DNA of 64,000 nt from a bacterium (lineage in GTDB: Bacteria; Zhuqueibacterota; Zhuqueibacteria; Oceanimicrobiales; Oceanimicrobiaceae), in NCBI GenBank assembly GCA_046758365.1, contig JBHIAC010000003.1:1-64000 (forward strand). The letters are read 5' to 3'. The notes beneath the pieces were generated by a model that was not told the DNA's origin, ran no database searches, and was given only the letters and a program-made list of their open reading frames with translations. The position numbers and the translations under genes are program-made. The number at the start of each line of letters is the position of its first letter. Positions within the stretch are counted from its first letter, which is position 1. This document shows positions 1-8,735 of the stretch, in pieces.

Positions 1-752
1 CCAGAAGATGTCTCTCGGTAGAAATAATATTCTCTTGTCGCACCTCGATCATTATTACCACAACAGTTAGGAGTACCAGATTCATAAGGGCCTGAGAACC
101 ATACATTATGCTTTGATGTAGCCCAGGCTGGTTGACATTGCCAGCTGTCACACAAAGCCGGGTCTGTATCACAGTTTGCTCCGCTGGATACACACAATCC
201 ATTTGAATAAAACTCATTAGCGTCATCTCCACAGCAGAAAGCTCCTCCATCATCATCATCGCAGATTCCACCAGGACCTGCGTTAATGCAATTAGAAGGA
301 TCAGTAATCCATGTATAGGGAGAGGGACAACCACCTACTGCTCTGTTATTATCATGGTCAAACCATCTACTTGGCATATCCTTGTCAGAAGTGCCTGTAC
401 ATATCTCTCTATCAGATGATGAATCACCTGTGTCCACTTCTCCACCTCTTGAGTAACATTGACCATTGTAAACACAATCAGTGATAGCATTACAACAGGC
501 ATTTCCTCCACTGCAACTAGCACCTGAACCTTGAATCTCACATGTTATTAAATTCTCACCTGAATCGTCTCCGCAGCAGTTTGGTGTTCCTGTTTCGTAA
601 TTGCCTGTGAACCATGTGCCATAGTTGCATTGTGCTGTTGGACATATAAATTGGGTTGTATCACATGTACAATCACTATCAGCAGAATCAGTTTGCTCAT
701 CACAATCATTGTCTACTCCGTCTAAGCATTGTTCAGAAAAACCTCTTGCGTT
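1..752 (-). CDS. Partial Cys-rich extracellular-type protein with CCGDD repeats (no start codon; runs off the window)
   Basis: Manual translation of the minus frame, open from 752 to the window edge: ...EQCLDGVDNDCDEQTDSADSDCTCD...WFTGNYETGTPNCCGDDSGE...FCCGDDANEFY...WFSGPYESGTPNCCGNND. In-frame TGA at 755-753 with no ATG in between. Absent from the ORF track. Confidence 0.75.
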
Positions 753-840
753 TCATACGCCTAATAATTATTTTATAATATAAATCGAATTAATCCTAAA
801 AAATAATGTTCGTAATTTTTGAAAGATAAAGGAGTCATGA

Positions 841-1113
841 ATGGCCGTTCAATTTATATTAAGTGACTATGTTGAAAAAGCTATGGAAGCCGCAAAGTAC
901 GATAAACTCGAGGACGGTACGTTCTCAGGCCGTATACCTCCTTGCGTTGGGGTGGTTGCATTTGGGAAAACGTTGCGTCTATGTGAGAATGAACTGCGTT
1001 CTACATTGGAAGATTGGATTTTGGTGGGTCTCAAACTTGGTCACAAATTACCGATAATCGCTGGAATCGATCTAAACAAGGAGCCCAATCTTGAGCCGGT
1101 GGACTCCTTGTAA
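841..1113 (+). CDS. hicB: HicB-family antitoxin (short, no HTH)
   Basis: EDGTFSGRIPPCVGVVAFGKTL..CENELRSTLEDWI HicB fold motif; RBS AAGGAG upstream; overlaps hicA. Confidence 0.85.
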   Translation: MAVQFILSDYVEKAMEAAKYDKLEDGTFSGRIPPCVGVVAFGKTLRLCENELRSTLEDWILVGLKLGHKLPIIAGIDLNKEPNLEPVDSL

Positions 1114-1324
1114 ACGAAAAGACTTTATAAAACGCCTGAAGGGTGTCGGATTTAAAGGACCATACTCCGGTACACGTCACCAGTTCATGATTTACGAACA
1201 ACACAGATTGGCAATTCCATCTAATAATGAGTTTTCTATTCCACAATTAAAAATGATGATCAGAGAAATTGAAACAATTCTCGGTCGTCGAATTTCTTTG
1301 GAAGAATGGAATAAATTGAAATAG
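1091..1324 (+). CDS. hicA: HicA-family mRNA interferase toxin
   Basis: KDFIKRLKGVGF..GTRHQFM..RLAIP pattern with catalytic His; paired with HicB. Confidence 0.85.
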   Translation: MSRWTPCKRKDFIKRLKGVGFKGPYSGTRHQFMIYEQHRLAIPSNNEFSIPQLKMMIREIETILGRRISLEEWNKLK

Positions 1325-1330
1325 GCACAG

Positions 1331-1444
1331 CCTTTCGGCGCCAAGGGCGTCAGCGAAATCGGCCTGGTGCCGACGGCCGGCGCTGTGGCAAATACGCTGT
1401 ATTAGTTTGACCGCGTGCGGCGCTACAACCTGCCGCTGAAATGA
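1331..1444 (+). pseudogene. 3'-terminal relic of a xanthine dehydrogenase/CoxL-family molybdopterin-binding subunit
   Basis: Reads PFGAKGVSEIGLVPTAGAVANTLY*FDRVRRYNLPLK*, matching the family C-terminus (GAKGVGE..PT..A.ANA....R...LP); internal TAG; markedly GC-rich versus flanks. Confidence 0.75.
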
Positions 1445-1467
1445 TCCTTTTCGAGGCTCCGATTTGC

Positions 1468-1496
1468 CCTTGCGAAGGTTTCAAAACTTCGCAAGG
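1468..1496. repeat. REP-like palindrome CCTTGCGAAG-N9-CTTCGCAAGG
   Basis: Perfect 10-bp inverted repeat. Confidence 0.7.
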
Positions 1497-1595
1497 ATTT
1501 TATGGTTGAACAGCTCGAAGCGTCGTACGCCCAGAACTCGTAGGCCCAAAGACCGAGCTATAATCACTTGCTGTGGAGTAGCTAAGCCTTAGAAT

Positions 1596-1618
1596 CCGAC
1601 TTTCTTGAAGAAAGTCGG
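1596..1618. repeat. REP-like palindrome CCGACTTTCTT-G-AAGAAAGTCGG
   Basis: Perfect 11-bp inverted repeat. Confidence 0.65.
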
Positions 1619-1635
1619 GTTCTGCGCCCATCATC

Positions 1636-2139
1636 ATGAAAAATGAGTTTAAACCAAAATTACCCGTAGTTTTTGTACTGGCTTTGTTTGTGTTCTCATA
1701 CCTGATTTTAGAGAAATTGATTGCCTGGTCAATTGCGGCTGATAGCTCAAACGTTACAATTGAAGTTACTAACCAACAAACAGGCTCTCCTTTGGACAGC
1801 GTATTGGTCCGTTTACAAGGGATTAACAATGCTGAGACCTTCGAAGGTTACACTGACACTTCCGGCCGCATCATTTTCCAAAACATTCCCACAGATGTTA
1901 AAGCCGAAAATATTCTTTTGCCACAAAGTTTCGGCATTAGCGTGCCGTATCCTCAGCCAACCAAAGACCTGATTAGTGTTGATTTTGCTTTGCCAGAAAA
2001 CCAGCAAGTCACGATTACGCTCTACAACGTCTTAGGACAGAAAATCTGTCGTGTTCGTCAAACCTTAGGTTCTGGTAATTATCAAGTTATTCTGAATCTG
2101 GGAATACTGGCGGCAGGAATGTACATTGTGAAGATTTAG
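1636..2139 (+). pseudogene. Secreted protein with carboxypeptidase-regulatory-like domain and T9SS type-A sorting-like domain, truncated by TAG
   Basis: N-terminal hydrophobic signal; PYPQPT..VTITLYNVLGQKI..LAAGMYIVKI motif; the frame continues past TAG as VGGHVASEKIVK, completing the CTD consensus. Confidence 0.6.
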
Positions 2140-2255
2140 GTTGGTGGTCATGTTGCCAGTGAAAAAATTGTCAAGACCGCATCAGCAATCTCAAGCCCCC
2201 ACCCTGGTATTCAAATTCGTCCACTTGACCGACCTTTAAAATTGCATAACAAATT

Positions 2256-3416
2256 TCAATCTCGAAAATCTTTACAATCCATAAATTTTGCGGAATATCT
2301 TTCCCCTTTCCATTGGAAATTGGCAAACTGACCAAGAAATCCTACTAGCACAATATAAATCGGGTGCAAAACAGCGGTCAGAAAAAAGACATATGGTTTA
2401 AATTGTATTTGAAATATTTTTTGTCCCCTCCTAAGGAAAGTAAATTCCGCCAGGTTTTTGGTGATGAAACCAGCAACACAAACTGGCAACAATTGGGGGA
2501 TAAAGGGAAGTAGAAAAAGCCCTAAAAGGATAAAAAAGTTGAGCAAGTAAACACCAACCAGTCCCACAGTCACCGGAGTATTGTAATGGCGGCATTTGGA
2601 GGCGTATCGAATTCTCTGATGGATAAAGGTTTTTAGATTTTCCGGTGGTTCTGTGGAAACGAAAGTATTTGGATGGGCCGCATAACAAATTTTCCAGGTC
2701 GTATTTTCCCGCACCTGTTCAAGAAAAAAGTCATCATCCCCGGATATCCAATGACCGATTTTTTTAAATCCTCCGATCTGTTCATAGACTTTTTTTCTAT
2801 AGGCGAAATTGCCACCGGTACAGCTAATAGGATATTTGAGGCCAGCGCTGGCTGCAGCCACACAAGACATCGCAAAATAATCTAATGAAAGCATTTGGTG
2901 GAAAAAAAGGGAGGTTGAGTTTTCAATTTTGTAGGGATTAAATCCAGCAACTATGCCAACGTCTGAATCGAAATATCTAACCACTTCCGAAAGCCAGTTA
3001 GGGCCAGGCTGGCAGTCGGCATCGGTGGTGACAATGATTTCTCCTGCGGCGTGTCGGATGCCTGAATCAATGGCTCTTTTTTTAGGCGCTAAATGGCCTG
3101 AACTATCCTTGATTTGAAGTAGTGAAATTTGTCTGTGATTGTCTGCAAAATTTTTTACAATTTCAGCGGTTCTGTCCTCAGAGCGGTCATCTATAACAAT
3201 AATTTCAAATTTATTTTTTGGATAAGTTTGATTCAAAATAGCGGTCAAACATTTGTGGATATGTCTTTCCTCATTTCTGGCTGCAATAATGATTGAAACT
3301 TTAGGCTTTTGTTTGTTTGAACCGGGTTTCAGTTTTAAAAGCCCCTTCCTTAGTGAAAAAAGAGTGGTAACGTAATGAGCTGTTAACAAAACGAGTGGAA
3401 TTAAATAGTAAATCAT
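2256..3416 (-). CDS. GT2 glycosyltransferase, membrane-embedded
   Basis: SIIIAARNEE, DDRSED, TTDADC, SGDDDF, QRIRY motifs; N- and C-terminal TM segments; start moved to ATG 3416 to avoid overlap. Confidence 0.9.
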   Translation of the reverse strand: MIYYLIPLVLLTAHYVTTLFSLRKGLLKLKPGSNKQKPKVSIIIAARNEERHIHKCLTAILNQTYPKNKFEIIVIDDRSEDRTAEIVKNFADNHRQISLLQIKDSSGHLAPKKRAIDSGIRHAAGEIIVTTDADCQPGPNWLSEVVRYFDSDVGIVAGFNPYKIENSTSLFFHQMLSLDYFAMSCVAAASAGLKYPISCTGGNFAYRKKVYEQIGGFKKIGHWISGDDDFFLEQVRENTTWKICYAAHPNTFVSTEPPENLKTFIHQRIRYASKCRHYNTPVTVGLVGVYLLNFFILLGLFLLPFIPQLLPVCVAGFITKNLAEFTFLRRGQKIFQIQFKPYVFFLTAVLHPIYIVLVGFLGQFANFQWKGERYSAKFMDCKDFRD

Positions 3417-3417
3417 A

Positions 3418-4038
3418 TTAATTATCCGGGATCGCTGAAAAATTAATCCCATGTTCCTTGAACTCCTCAAAAGCATTTTCCAAAGCTGTTAAGGTGTTAT
3501 TACTGTTGGGGTGGCCATCATGAAGCAAAATAATTTGCCCAGGCTTAACAATTTTAATCAATTGATTTTTTATTTTCTTAGATGTTGCTTGCTTTTTAAA
3601 ATCACGAACCGAAGCATTCCAGAGTACCAATTTGTGCTTGGTCTTTTCTAGGACATTCAGCAAATTCATTCCAAAGATGCCATAAGGTGGCCGAAAGAGT
3701 CTTGGCTTTTTTCCTGTGATTTTAATTAGGGATTCGTCGGTTTGGTTAATTTCCTGAATAAGTCGTTGTTTTGATTTGCCCAACATTTTGAAATGACTAA
3801 ATGAATGATTGCCAATGGTATGTCCGTATTTTTGAATGTGTGAAACGATATCCGGATAAAGTTCGGCTTTTTGACCCAAAAGAAAAAAGGTGGCTTTGAC
3901 ATCATATCTTATTAGCAAGTCTAAAAGCTTTGGCGTAATCTCTTTGTCTGGACCGTCATCAAATGTTAAGTATATATATTGATTCGACAATTGCCATAAG
4001 ATATTCGGAAGAAAGTAATTTAAAAGTTTTGGAATCAT
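3418..4038 (-). CDS. Polysaccharide deacetylase (CE4/NodB)
   Basis: LTFDDGP, GNHSFSH, FRPPYG, IILLHD motifs; start uncertain (4038 vs 4062). Confidence 0.92.
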   Translation of the reverse strand: MIPKLLNYFLPNILWQLSNQYIYLTFDDGPDKEITPKLLDLLIRYDVKATFFLLGQKAELYPDIVSHIQKYGHTIGNHSFSHFKMLGKSKQRLIQEINQTDESLIKITGKKPRLFRPPYGIFGMNLLNVLEKTKHKLVLWNASVRDFKKQATSKKIKNQLIKIVKPGQIILLHDGHPNSNNTLTALENAFEEFKEHGINFSAIPDN

Positions 4039-4112
4039 AATGCTTGAATTATTACAGAACAAGAGATTATTTATTAAGCTAAATGTTTTTGAACCTTGAT
4101 TGCAAATCGAAA

Positions 4113-4197
4113 GAATGGAATAATGGAAGGATGAAAGAATGGGATATTACGAATGCATGAATTGCTACCTCCACTATTCCAATATTCCAATAATCCA
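4113..4197. repeat. Inverted array of degenerate 8-mers (GAATAATG... / ...TATTCCAA)
   Basis: GAATGGAATAATGGAAGGATG... followed by complementary TCCACTATTCCAATATTCCAATAATCC. Confidence 0.7.
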
Positions 4198-4293
4198 CAT
4201 ATTGGCGCTTTTATGATCAAATGAAAAACTTGACTCAAAATTTAAGATGTATGGTTGTTAAAAAGTATAATTTGTCTTGCCACCTTTGTTGTA

Positions 4294-5316
4294 CTATTTT
4301 TTAAGAAGTATCCAAAGCCCAATTAAAGTTGGTATTCCTATATTAATTAAAAAAAGCAGGATTGAAGCGTTAAAGGCTTGTGCAGCAGCTAGACCGATCT
4401 TATCAAAAATGAAGACCGAGGCGCCTTCCCGAATGCCCAAGTCTCCAATGGATATGGGTAAAATGGTTTTCACCAGAAACACGGAAGCTGCAGCACCAGA
4501 TGCAGTGATTGGATTAACGACTTGAAAACTCAAAATAAGATTAAGAAATTGTCCTAAAAAGATTGAATAAAATAATGTAGAAAAGCATAAGAGGATAATA
4601 TATTCTTTTCTGCCAAATATATTAATCTCGGTAAACCGCCTAAATATCAATTTATTAATTGACGGAAATAAAATAGGGCACAACAACGTACCCGTGTAAA
4701 TCAATAAAGCAGTTTGCAAAATAAGTCTATAGTGATTTTGAGTTAGAAATAAAATTCCTACCAATCCAAATAAAAATGTTATAAATAGATTTGTGATTTT
4801 GTCAATGATTACTAATTTTAAAGTTTTGATTTGATGAATTTCTTGTACAAAAAATGCACGACCAATTTCACCCAATCGTCCCGGCGTAAAAATACCTAAA
4901 GGATAGCCCACAAGAAGGGATTTAAATGAATTGGAAAAAGAAGTAGCAGGATTCGCCAATTTCAAGAGGTAATGCCACTTGAACACCTGAATCCCGATAT
5001 TAGGGATGACTAAAAAGATCGCCAAAGCTAAGTAATTCCATTTAGCTGTCTTCAAAACTTCTAACAAAGTCGCCGCTTGAATACTTTTAATCAAAAAGTA
5101 TAGAGCCAAAAGCGCAAACCCCACTTTACCCCAAAATAAAGCCCGAGATTTAAAGATAGAGCCGTAATCCTTGTGAGCAGTTTGAGCAGATAGTGAGGGA
5201 GCCGCGATTTTTGAGTATTTGGGTTCTAAAATTCTCATATTTATCGGAATACCAAATTTTATCGAAATCATTCTCTTGTTTAATGGAGCCAAACGAATGG
5301 TGCCCATTTTTGTCAA
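4294..5316 (-). CDS. Lysylphosphatidylglycerol synthase TM / flippase-like membrane protein (true start probably downstream of 5316)
   Basis: KWHYLL, GIFTPGRLGEIGRA, DKITN, LPISIGDLGIREG motifs; multiple TM helices. Confidence 0.85.
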   Translation of the reverse strand: MTKMGTIRLAPLNKRMISIKFGIPINMRILEPKYSKIAAPSLSAQTAHKDYGSIFKSRALFWGKVGFALLALYFLIKSIQAATLLEVLKTAKWNYLALAIFLVIPNIGIQVFKWHYLLKLANPATSFSNSFKSLLVGYPLGIFTPGRLGEIGRAFFVQEIHQIKTLKLVIIDKITNLFITFLFGLVGILFLTQNHYRLILQTALLIYTGTLLCPILFPSINKLIFRRFTEINIFGRKEYIILLCFSTLFYSIFLGQFLNLILSFQVVNPITASGAAASVFLVKTILPISIGDLGIREGASVFIFDKIGLAAAQAFNASILLFLINIGIPTLIGLWILLKK

Positions 5317-6166
5317 AGCAGCAGGGAACTACCGAGCCATCCCAATTAACCAGGGTGCTAGTCCATAGCCGGGGACAGGGACCTTTACCTATACGTTTTG
5401 GTTCAAGGGTATTTCCATGAAACCGATATCTTCTAAATTTATCTGTTTTTGGTAGCCATTGCTCAGCCTCTTGTGAAGTTTCGACATGCACCGTTTTTTT
5501 AAGAAATTTATCTGCACCCAACATTTTAACCAGCTTCTCCATATCCTCAATTTGTTGTTCATTGTGTTGCATCACTATAAATTGGATGAAAATAAGAGGC
5601 GTTTTACTTCTCTGCCTATATTTTTCATGTATCAGGGTTTTAACACTCTCTATTACTTGAGAGAGCTTCCCCCCGACTCGATAAGTTTCATAGCTTTGTT
5701 GATCAGCTCCGTCTATTGACAAGATGATAGAATCAATGCCGGAGGCAATGGTTCGTTGAGCCATTTCAGGATCTAAATAATGACCATTGGTGCTGGTAGT
5801 AACAAAGATGCCTTTGCTTTTGGCATATTCTACAAATTTGAGAAATTCTTTGTTAATAAATGGTTCACCCTGATGATATAGGAGCAGGTAAAAAATACGA
5901 GCCCCCGCTTCGTCTATTATTTTTTTAAAGGTTTCAAAATTCATGAGACCGGCTTTGCGGATTATTTTGCCGTGGCCAGTTACGCAAAGTGGGCATTTCA
6001 GATTACAGACGTTAGTAGGCTCAACGGTGAGAATAAACGGATGTCCCCAGATAAAGTGCTTTTTAAAAATAGCAGAAAGTAAAAAAGAAAAAATAGCCAA
6101 AGTCGCGTTCAGCAGCCTTTTTAAAGTTATAGTTTTTATTAAAAGTTTAAACGGAATTTCTTTCAT
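5150..6166 (-). CDS. Radical SAM protein with C-terminal SPASM/twitch domain
   Basis: CNLKCPLC, GEPF, SIDG; C-terminal CPRLW..DGSVVPCC..CSNC. Confidence 0.92.
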   Translation of the reverse strand: MKEIPFKLLIKTITLKRLLNATLAIFSFLLSAIFKKHFIWGHPFILTVEPTNVCNLKCPLCVTGHGKIIRKAGLMNFETFKKIIDEAGARIFYLLLYHQGEPFINKEFLKFVEYAKSKGIFVTTSTNGHYLDPEMAQRTIASGIDSIILSIDGADQQSYETYRVGGKLSQVIESVKTLIHEKYRQRSKTPLIFIQFIVMQHNEQQIEDMEKLVKMLGADKFLKKTVHVETSQEAEQWLPKTDKFRRYRFHGNTLEPKRIGKGPCPRLWTSTLVNWDGSVVPCCFDKNGHHSFGSIKQENDFDKIWYSDKYENFRTQILKNRGSLTICSNCSQGLRLYL

Positions 6167-6167
6167 A

Positions 6168-7055
6168 TTATAGCTTACTGATATTGTTTATTTTTTTACC
6201 AATCAAATACCAGGTTGGATTAATGAAATAATTAAAGAATCCAAATTTATCGTTTACCATACCTGTTACTAACTTTTCCAATTTTAATGTCTGTAACCAT
6301 TTTACTACGTTCAAGTGTAAGTTACTATTTACTACGGCCCTTGGGTGTATAAATAGTTGGGCTGCGATTTTTTGGTTTACAAACTGGAGTTTAATATTTT
6401 CTCTTTCAAATAATCGGTTAATTTTAAAAAGTGAGAGCAAGGCTGCAAAATCTCTTCTAACATGATTTTCTCTGTAAAATAGTCTGGTAACAAAAAAGAC
6501 CACAGTTTTTCTGGGTAACACAGATACAAGAGGGAGATTCCAGTGTGGGTCAGAAATAAAATTTAAAGGAGACCAGCGGTTGGGGGTAGATAAATAAACT
6601 GACCCATCTTGTTTTAAAACTCTGGTGACTTCTTTTACTGCCAGCTCTGGATTAGGTAAATGTTCTAAAATGTCTTGTAGAACCACCCAGTCAAAACTAT
6701 TATTTTTTAAATATAATTGTTGGGCATCTCCTTGTAATACAACAAGATTTGAATTTATGGTTAACGCTTTTTGCTTGAGCATTTGAACCTTTTTCGGGTT
6801 GAAGTCAATAGCGGTGACTTTACCACCTCTCTCCACAAGTGCTAAAGTCGTACCACCGTCACCACAACCGAGGTCTAATATCTGCATGTTTGCAATGGGC
6901 GAAAATGATTGTAGAATATCTGCCACCAACTCGCCGCGGTTACGAGCAAATTTAGAATAATTTGCCCAGAGATGGTAGTTGGGATGACTTTCTGGTGGAA
7001 GAATTCGAAATTCGTTCTGATTGGTTATCTCAGCTTCGCTAGAAATTATTTCCAT
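6168..7055 (-). CDS. Class I SAM-dependent methyltransferase
   Basis: ILDLGCGDG, FDWVVLQDILEHLP, RVLKQDG, STPN motifs. Confidence 0.9.
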   Translation of the reverse strand: MEIISSEAEITNQNEFRILPPESHPNYHLWANYSKFARNRGELVADILQSFSPIANMQILDLGCGDGGTTLALVERGGKVTAIDFNPKKVQMLKQKALTINSNLVVLQGDAQQLYLKNNSFDWVVLQDILEHLPNPELAVKEVTRVLKQDGSVYLSTPNRWSPLNFISDPHWNLPLVSVLPRKTVVFFVTRLFYRENHVRRDFAALLSLFKINRLFERENIKLQFVNQKIAAQLFIHPRAVVNSNLHLNVVKWLQTLKLEKLVTGMVNDKFGFFNYFINPTWYLIGKKINNISKL

Positions 7056-8155
7056 TTTATTTTACCAACAAATCCAAGAGGAGCAATGAAAATCTGATTT
7101 AGCAGATAAAAGATTTCCCAAAGTGGAAACAGGAAAAGTAGATTCTGTTTTTTAACTTTTTTTGAAATAAAAAAAAGAGAAATTAAATCTAAAATCAACT
7201 TAAAACAAAAAAGCAGAATAGCCAGTATTAGATATGTTTGTTTAAATATCGCCAAAATCAAAAAGCTAAATAAATAAATATTGGCAAAGTTGAAAAGTAA
7301 ATAAGCGGCTTGCAGTGGTTTTTTATAATATTTACCGGCAGATACATGACGCCGCGTTTGAGCAATTAGCGTAAACAAATTTTCAGCAGCAGGACTTGGC
7401 ACCACTGTTTTTGGATTTAGGCAAAAATTGATATCCCAGTGGGTACGTTTCTTTGCCATTTGAAGAAAGAGGTCATCATCTCCCGAAAGGCTGTGATTGA
7501 TCTTGTCAAATCCATTGACTTCATTAAAAAGTGATTTGCGGTAAGCCAAATTTCTTCCAGTGCAGGTAACACCTACATTCCAACCTGCAGAACCAGCAGA
7601 CACAAAGGATGCGGTCAAGCTGTTGAGGCTGAGAAGTTTACTCAAAAGAGGGCCTTCGTCTTTATAGGGCGCCAGTCCAATTACCAAACCCACCTCTTCA
7701 TTGAAAAGAGGAACAGTCGCTGAAATCCATTCTGGCGGCGGCGAACAGTCGGCATCTGTCGTAAAAATCAATTCTCCGGAAGCTTGTAAGATCCCTTGAC
7801 TCAAAGCATATTTTTTGGAGCTGATATTTTCTGGAGTTTTTAATATTTTCACGATTTCAAGATTGGTATTTTGGGATTTGTGCTGATTTAGAATTTCTGG
7901 TGTCCTATCAGAAGAGCGGTCATCTACCACGACGATCTGGGTCAACTCTTTTGGATAATTTTGACAGAAAAGGGCCTTGAGACAATTATTCAAATTCTTT
8001 TCCTCGTTCCTGGCAGCCACGACCACGGAAACGGTTGGTTGATGGTTTATTTCTTCCCCATTTAAGTGGAAATAACCTGAAATTAAAAATGTCAGAATAG
8101 ATAAATAAATTAATCCTGAGGTAATTGCTGCAAAAATATAATAATCTGCCATCAT
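7046..8155 (-). CDS. GT2 glycosyltransferase, paralogue of 2256-3416
   Basis: VSVVVAARNEE, DDRSSD, TTDADC, SGDDDLF, QTRRH motifs. Confidence 0.9.
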   Translation of the reverse strand: MMADYYIFAAITSGLIYLSILTFLISGYFHLNGEEINHQPTVSVVVAARNEEKNLNNCLKALFCQNYPKELTQIVVVDDRSSDRTPEILNQHKSQNTNLEIVKILKTPENISSKKYALSQGILQASGELIFTTDADCSPPPEWISATVPLFNEEVGLVIGLAPYKDEGPLLSKLLSLNSLTASFVSAGSAGWNVGVTCTGRNLAYRKSLFNEVNGFDKINHSLSGDDDLFLQMAKKRTHWDINFCLNPKTVVPSPAAENLFTLIAQTRRHVSAGKYYKKPLQAAYLLFNFANIYLFSFLILAIFKQTYLILAILLFCFKLILDLISLFFISKKVKKQNLLFLFPLWEIFYLLNQIFIAPLGFVGKIKWK

Positions 8156-8339
8156 TTAAGATAAAAATTTGTAATTATAAAAAAATATTAAAAATTACAC
8201 AAACTTTCAAGTTGTTTTTAGAAGACGACTAATAAAATATTTGTCATATATTTTGCAACCCCAAACTATCATAACTAAACGAATGACATTGATTAAAATC
8301 TTAAGTTAGAATTTGATTTTTAAATATGAGAAAAAAAAA

Positions 8340-8368
8340 TTGACTTTTTAGATTAAAATGAATATTTT
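8340..8368 (+). promoter_or_regulatory. Putative sigma70 promoter
   Basis: TTGACT-17bp-TATTTT upstream of the LarA-like gene. Confidence 0.4.
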
Positions 8369-8407
8369 TTAATAAAGAAAAAACAGGCTGCTCATTAGAA
8401 GTGTGTC

Positions 8408-8717
8408 AAGACGCTTACCCCGAAGGATTTCGGGGTGAGTGTCTTTTTATACCAATCAAAAGCTAACCCCGAATGCTTTCACATAGGCGTCAACTTAAGC
8501 TTTTCTGTTATATCCCCCTTAAAAAAGGGGGACCTGGAGGTTGTTAAAGCCTATTTTATTATATTCATTCATTCTGGTTAAATGCTTAGCTCCTGTTTCT
8601 TAATTAAGCAACAATCTCAGAAATATATACAAATACAACCCCCTAAATCCCCCTTTGCTAAGGGGGACTTTCGCTTAAGATGACGCGAAAACGAATGCTT
8701 TCGGGGTAGCTTTTCTT
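8408..8717. repeat. Double-hairpin REP-like element (homologous to 28601-28686), interrupted by a MITE
   Basis: AAGACGCT..AGTGTCTTTTT..GCTAACCCCGAATGCTTTC/GGGGT..C..TTC.TA shared with the 28601 copy. Confidence 0.75.
8482..8691. mobile_element. Non-autonomous MITE with IS4/IS231-like terminal inverted repeats
   Basis: Left CATAGGCGTCAACTTAAGC, right GCTTAAGATGACGC; flanked by direct repeat CGAATGCTTTC (8470-8480, 8692-8702); two internal TCCCCCTT-N4-AAGGGGGA hairpins. Confidence 0.75.
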
Positions 8718-8735
8718 AGGAGTATTCAATAGAAA

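Noticed and set aside
335..541. 68-aa ORF from the track
   Set aside because: Alternative-frame shadow of the Cys-rich frame on the same strand.
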